A stretch of DNA of 64,000 nt from Amoebidium appalachense. Its lineage: Eukaryota > Protista > Ichthyosporea. The stretch covers positions 2,403,979-2,467,978 of the forward strand of contig CAVNZM010000007.1 in the NCBI GenBank assembly GCA_963693365.1, in the 5' to 3' direction. This document shows, one piece after another, positions 49,651-64,000 of this stretch. The notes beneath the pieces were generated by a model, which was not told the DNA's origin, ran no database searches, and saw only the letters and a list, made by a program, of their open reading frames with translations. Positions within the stretch are counted from its first letter, which is position 1; every line of letters starts with the position of its first letter. The translations under genes and the position numbers were made by a program.

Positions 49651-49948
49651 TTTTATGTGCAAGGATTGGCTTCATTTAGGAGCCCAGCTACAGGGAAGGG
49701 GTGGGTGGGTGGGGGGGGGGGGGGAGGGATAATGTGTACTTGTGTGTGGTGTCAGTGGCGGTGCTGGTGGCAAGACGTAGACGTATGGGGGGTAAGAAAG
49801 GACATCGAAGAAAAAAAGAGGGAGACCGTGTGTGTGTGAGCATGAGCATGTGGTGCGCACCTGCCCAGGTGCGCACATGTGTGTGTGTGTGTCTGTGTGT
49901 CTCTCTGTGTGTATGTGTGTGTGTGTGCGTGCGTGCCTGCGTGCATGC

Positions 49949-50021
<73 letters not shown>

Positions 50022-50434
50022 CGTGCGTGCCTGCGTGTGGGTGGGTGGGCGGGTGTGCGCGCACGAGAGGAAGAGGACGAGGTAGGATCCGGGAGGCGAA
50101 GAGGGGGAGAGGGAGATAACGAGACCTACCGACGGGTCTGGTGTCCACTTTTCAATATCCGAAATGTCAAAAGGAATGTTGTCCTCCTATGCACACAACC
50201 GATTAGTCAGAGCGTAAAGGAAATGCTACCAACTATTGTCTATGAGCCTAATCAATATCCCAGAAAAAAATAAAAATATCACTACTTATACAACTTTCCA
50301 AACGAGGGAAGCTCGTGCAACCAACCCGAATACTTAAAGTCCAGTGAACAGGACCCACTTGTTTGAAGCGCACACACGTACACACACACAAACACAAACA
50401 CACACACGGGCGCACACAAATACGCACGCGCGCG

Positions 50435-50511
<77 letters not shown>

Positions 50512-50757
50512 GCGCGCACACACGCACACGCACACACCAAAAACGACTGGTAAAACCATAAGGAGCTCAGGGGAAAAGGAGTGGGAGATGGAGGGGGTCG
50601 GGTCGGGAGAGGTCGGGGGAGGAAGCGAAGAAGAAGGGTGCAATGAAGGAGGGACAGGGGGAGGGAGGGAGGGAGGAAGGGAGGGAGGGAGGGGGGGGGG
50701 AGGGGAGAGAGAGAGAGAAAGAGAGAGAGAGGGAGGGAGGGAGAGAGATGGAGGGAC

Positions 50758-50799
<42 letters not shown>

Positions 50800-50897
50800 G
50801 GAGGGAGGGAGGGAGGGAGGGAGGGGGGGGGGGGGAAGGGGAGAGAGAGAGAGTGTGTGTGTGTGTGTATGTGGGGCAGCGAGAGAAAGCCAGAGAG

Positions 50898-50934
<37 letters not shown>

Positions 50935-51448
50935 GAAACACACACAGAGAGAGTGGGTGAGAGAGAGTGAGAGAGAGAGAATGAGAGAGAGAGAGAGAGA
51001 GAGAGAGTGAGACAGAGTGAGACAGAGAGCGAGAGAAAGAGGCGGTCACCCACATCTGCGCCTACTGGTGTCAACCCCACATCCACCAACTCCTCCTTGA
51101 TGCCGCTCATGCCCACCACATACACCTTCTTGTCTGCGCTAAGTCCAAGATTGCGCCGGAGGTGAAACGCAGCTGCATAGGCAGACCCTACTACATCTTC
51201 CTGTGAAAATGACAAAATGAGATATGCTGAACCGGGGATGAAAAAAAAAGAAAAAATAACAAAAGAAAATAGGGAGGAGTAGTAAATGGTGGGTGGAAGT
51301 GGTGGTGGCAGTGGGCTGGGGTGGGGGGGGGGGGGGGGGGGGGGGGGAGAAGAGAGAGGGGGGGGGGGGGGGCGGGGGGAGGAGCGTGTCTGTGTTTGTG
51401 TGTATGTCTTGTGTGTGTGTGTGTGCGTGTGTGTTGGGGGGCGGATGA

Positions 51449-51497
<49 letters not shown>

Positions 51498-51964
51498 CGT
51501 GCGTGTGTGTTGTGAGTATTCGAGAGGGCGAGGAGGGGATCGTTGAGATTTTGAGCCTAGGCCCTGATCATGACGAATCAGTTTACAGTGACGAAAGTAT
51601 TTGTTGGTTCTCGTTGTTTCCTCACACACATACGCACAAAGCTAGTGCACACAATCATGGATATATGGGAGGGGAGGGTTGGGAGAGGGGTTAATTGGTC
51701 GGTTGGTTGGTTGTTTGGTTGGGGAGAAGCGCACCGGGGGGAGCGGGAGGGAGAAGGGGGGGGGGGGGGGGGGGGGGGGGGTTACAGGAAGGGGGGAGAG
51801 GGAAACATCGTGGGGGAGGGGGTGCGGGGGTAGGGAGAGAGAGGGGGGGGGGGAGGAGGGGAAGAACAGGGTAGGGGAGAGTGCAGGCAACTACATAGTC
51901 ACAGTAGGGGGGAAGGCGAGAGGGGGAGAGGCAAAACAGGTGGTGGGGTGATAAGGTGTGTGTG

Positions 51965-52011
<47 letters not shown>

Positions 52012-52683
52012 GTGTGTGTGCGTGCCAGCGTGGGCAGGTAGGTGCGTAGGGGGAGGGGGGGGGGGGAGGGGGGAGGGGGAGGGGGAGATAGAGAGAAACG
52101 AACACAAGAAAAATACTGGCAGGGTCATGCATTACCTTTCTTTGCCCAACTGTTAATATGAGCCCCATGGCAAAGTAACCCTCCCTCCCCCCCGCCCCCG
52201 CGCCCCCCACCCCACCCCTCTCCCCCCTCCCCCTCCCCCTTGGCCACCGCGCCCCACTCACCCACATGCGCGCTTCATGCCCATATGTTCATTCTCTGGT
52301 GTCCTCTTACCACGCCAACTCTCTTGCCCCAAGCACCCTCCTCATGAACAAGCACATGCAAAATATCCATGCACAGATCCCTGCCTTCATCTTTCTCCCT
52401 CCGCATTATCTGCCCCACCCCCCCCCCCCCCCCCCCCCCCCCCTTCCCCTTCCCCCCCTGCCCCCCACCCCCCTCTTCCCCCTGCATCTCCCCCCCTCCC
52501 CCTCTCTTCGCTGTCTTAATGATCCGCCCTCCCCCCCCCCCACACACACACACACACCCGCCCTCCCCCCGACACACACACTGCCAACCCCCCCCTCCCC
52601 CCCCCCCAAAAAAAAATAAAAAAATAAAAAAATAATAATAATAATAATACCTCACTTGCAGCAGCACCAACCACCCCCCTCAT

Positions 52684-52716
<33 letters not shown>

Positions 52717-53349
52717 GACACACACTCATACCTTATCAGCAATAAAGCCCATCTTCTTCAGCTTCTCAGCATAGGCCACACGTGACTTCGAACTATTATT
52801 CGACACGTAGACTATCCTCTTGCCCTGCACAGACATCGACGGTAACTTAAGTATCATGGGCAACCATAAACCCCCCCCCCCCCCCCCAAAAAAAAAAAAA
52901 AAAAAAAAAAAAAAGAAGAAGAAGTCCCCCCTCCCCCCTCCCCCTCTCCCCCCCACAAAAAAAAGGGGGGCGGGGAAAGGGGGGGGGGGGGGGGGGGGGA
53001 CAGGAGCTAGTTGGCTAACTTACATTAAGATTACTTTAGGCTCCAGTCCCTGCCTCCCCCACAACTTCTTCTCGCTCCCCAGCAACAGAAGCTTTTGAAG
53101 AACATTCCCCCCCCCCTCCCACCTCCCCCCCCCCCTATATGTACACACAACAACGATAATTAATAGATAAATAAAAATATATATGCAGACACTTCCATTT
53201 TTTTCATCGCTCAAAAATGTATGCAACACTACATATTGGTGAGCAGCTTCACTTATGGTTTCAGATGTGTCCTTACATACCTGTACTCCTAAAAGCTCTC
53301 CCCTCCTCCCCTTCTCCCACACTACCACCGCACACAGCCCCCTCCCCCC

Positions 53350-53380
<31 letters not shown>

Positions 53381-53386
53381 AAAAAA

Positions 53387-53430
<44 letters not shown>

Positions 53431-54327
53431 GGGTGGGGTGGTGGTGGTGGTGGTGGGGGGGGGGGGAGGGGGGGGACTATTTTGTCCACCTAACCAACTG
53501 CAGATAATAGCCAGCCCATAATAAGCAGATGAGGTCGAGACGGAGAAGCGAGGGAAAGTAGGGGAGGGGGAGGAGGGGGGGGCTCAGGAGTGGGAGATGA
53601 GGAAACATGAGCTCTAGGCAACAAAAGCCATGGAAAGCGTTTACGCATAAAAAGTAGACCCAAACATGAACAATTGGAATAAGCCCATGCACCTGCACAC
53701 ACCCTACACTTTACACCACAAAGCTCACGCACGAATTTGATTATCACGATGATTTGCCCTGAACAAACATAAGAGGAAGGAAGACGTACCAGTTGTCGAA
53801 GTTTGGCAATTGCCTCCGGAGCACCAGGGATGACATTGCTGCCTTCCCAGATCACACCTGAAAAACCACCGTCACCATCCAGTGTGACTCGAATAGCATT
53901 ACCCCTATTAGCACGGACAACGAACAACTGCACGTCTGCCCATCGTCCGTTTCCCCCATCTCCCCCTTTCCCCTTCCTCCCCCCCCAACCCGCCCCTACC
54001 CCCAAAGGATGGCAGCACTGCCTACCCTCTCCCTCCCCGCCCCCCCTTCCGCCCCCCCTCCGTCCCATCCCCTTCCCCTCCCTCCCATCCTGCTCCTCCC
54101 CGCACCTCTTCTCTCTTTCCCCCCCCCCTCCCCCCCCGCCCCCCCTGCACACACACACACACACACACACCACCACCACCTCCTCCTCCCCCGTTTCTCT
54201 TCTCAGCCCCGAAACAAAACGGTTTTTAGGGCAAGAAATATTTTGATGCCTTACCATCACAGTCAAAAACGAAACAATCTATCTCGTCGATGATCGACCG
54301 TGCGTTTTCCGCATTAATGAATGCCAT
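45194..54327 (-). CDS. PGP: Phosphoglycolate / 4-nitrophenyl phosphatase (HAD IIA, PGP/PHO13-like), 10 exons, 294 aa
   Basis: Exons 54327-54255, 53857-53790, 52824-52732, 51200-51054, 50186-50130, 48294-48147, 47723-47624, 47175-47134, 46193-46132 and 45288-45194 splice in frame (885 nt). Motifs [41 protein letters not shown] and TLLVLTGIST. The last intron has a GC donor. Confidence 0.93.
48518..49174 (-). mobile_element. 5'-truncated non-LTR retrotransposon, family 2, inside a PGP intron
   Basis: ORF 48610..49053 ([24 protein letters not shown]) is homologous to the 18365 copy. Perfect 12-bp TSD GCATGAAAGCCT at 48506-48517 / 49175-49186. Hairpin 48568-48588, AATAAA and a short A-tail on the minus strand. 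Confidence 0.88.
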
Positions 54328-55356
54328 CTTGTCCCAGAAAGTCGGTGATGAGCTGAGAATGTACTAGAAATTCTCACTATATTATAACCAAATATGCTAA
54401 TTAACGAATTGAAAGCATATAAGCTATGTTATCCAGATAAAAAATATGTGTATCTCTGAACTGAGGTCAATGCCACCTTGAAGGAAATAAGTCTTGGCAC
54501 AAAGGCATGCATGTGCACTGATGATGAAAGCTATTGATTGGTTGGATTTTACCTGCCAAATATGGTAATTTTTCTGGAAGGGTAGCCTAAGTATGTACAT
54601 GTACTTACTGGTATCCTTTGATGCCTCGGTTGTAAGACATGAGCGTGCAATGTAAACACTTACCTCTTTCTACATAAATTCACCCAAAAACAATACATAA
54701 ACTGTAGCTGTGTACTCTATGTTCATCCAGAAGGAGTACTGTGGTTTATTATTACGGCTTTTGTTAAAACATAAATGTTAGAACTGGCCAAAACACATCA
54801 ATCTCCATCACTGGTTGGTGTTCCACGCATCAATTGCATATTTTCACCACAAATTTGGGTGCAGTGTAGGTTGGCGCCGTGATAGCGCAAACAGAGCTGT
54901 GCAGAAAGAGCGAGCCATCGACTGATGATATCACACCGTAGGCCTACGCATGCTCAGTAGTGCTCGTGTAGGCTGGCGTTCGGTAAAGTAGAGGCCTTGG
55001 GCCAGATTTTCTTTCAGAATCAGCTGCGAATGTGCGAGGAATAACTCATACCTTTATATAATGACATGTATAATAAAGTGATCAGCTATTATAGTTGTTA
55101 GACCTTAGGTTCTGGGAGCCTGTTACTCGATCAGAACAGAAGTCTTTTTCTGGAAGTCATATCCGTTGTAATCAGCGGCCTGCCCGGTGCGTCTGCAGCA
55201 CTATTGGGCAGTAAAACTTAGCAGCACTGCACACTTAGAGTTTGCAGGGTCACACGGACCGAGTGCACATAATCCTTCAGCAGCAGTCTGTAAGACTGTT
55301 CCAAAGCTACGTAAAAAGGGGGCAGCAAAGCCTATTTGGACACCTGTAGCTAAAAC

Positions 55357-63882
<8,526 letters not shown>

Positions 63883-63898
63883 GTATCATCCCCCCCCC

Positions 63899-63929
<31 letters not shown>

Positions 63930-64000
63930 ACACGCACCACTACCACCACCACCCCACCCCCTGCATGCACAGCGGCTCCAAGTGGTGTTGCCCCCTTTGT

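Overview
Intron-rich eukaryotic nuclear DNA, dense in poly-C/poly-G tracts and (CA)/(GT)/(CT) microsatellites, so almost all short ORFs in the track are artefacts. A syntenin-like gene suggests a unicellular holozoan, but this is inference. Spliced genes reconstructed by hand: a secreted, probably GPI-anchored S1/P1 nuclease; an OTU + CXC + Myb-like protein that may be transposase-derived; an intronless tandem-PDZ syntenin-like gene; a DUF2237 gene; a CAP59/GT69-like glycosyltransferase; an intronless MFS transporter; a 10-exon PGP/PHO13-type HAD phosphatase; and a mitochondrial lipoyltransferase that runs off the window end. Mobile DNA: one intact single-ORF APE-RT non-LTR retrotransposon, a 299-bp truncated copy of it, and two truncated copies of a second family. 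The most interesting signal is a four-copy intronic element, always sense to its host gene. Its helices show compensatory changes, two copies start exactly at a GTGC splice donor, and it carries all three hammerhead core segments in a non-canonical order. The second is the retroelement whose TSD-defined 3' end lies 196 nt beyond an internal poly(A).
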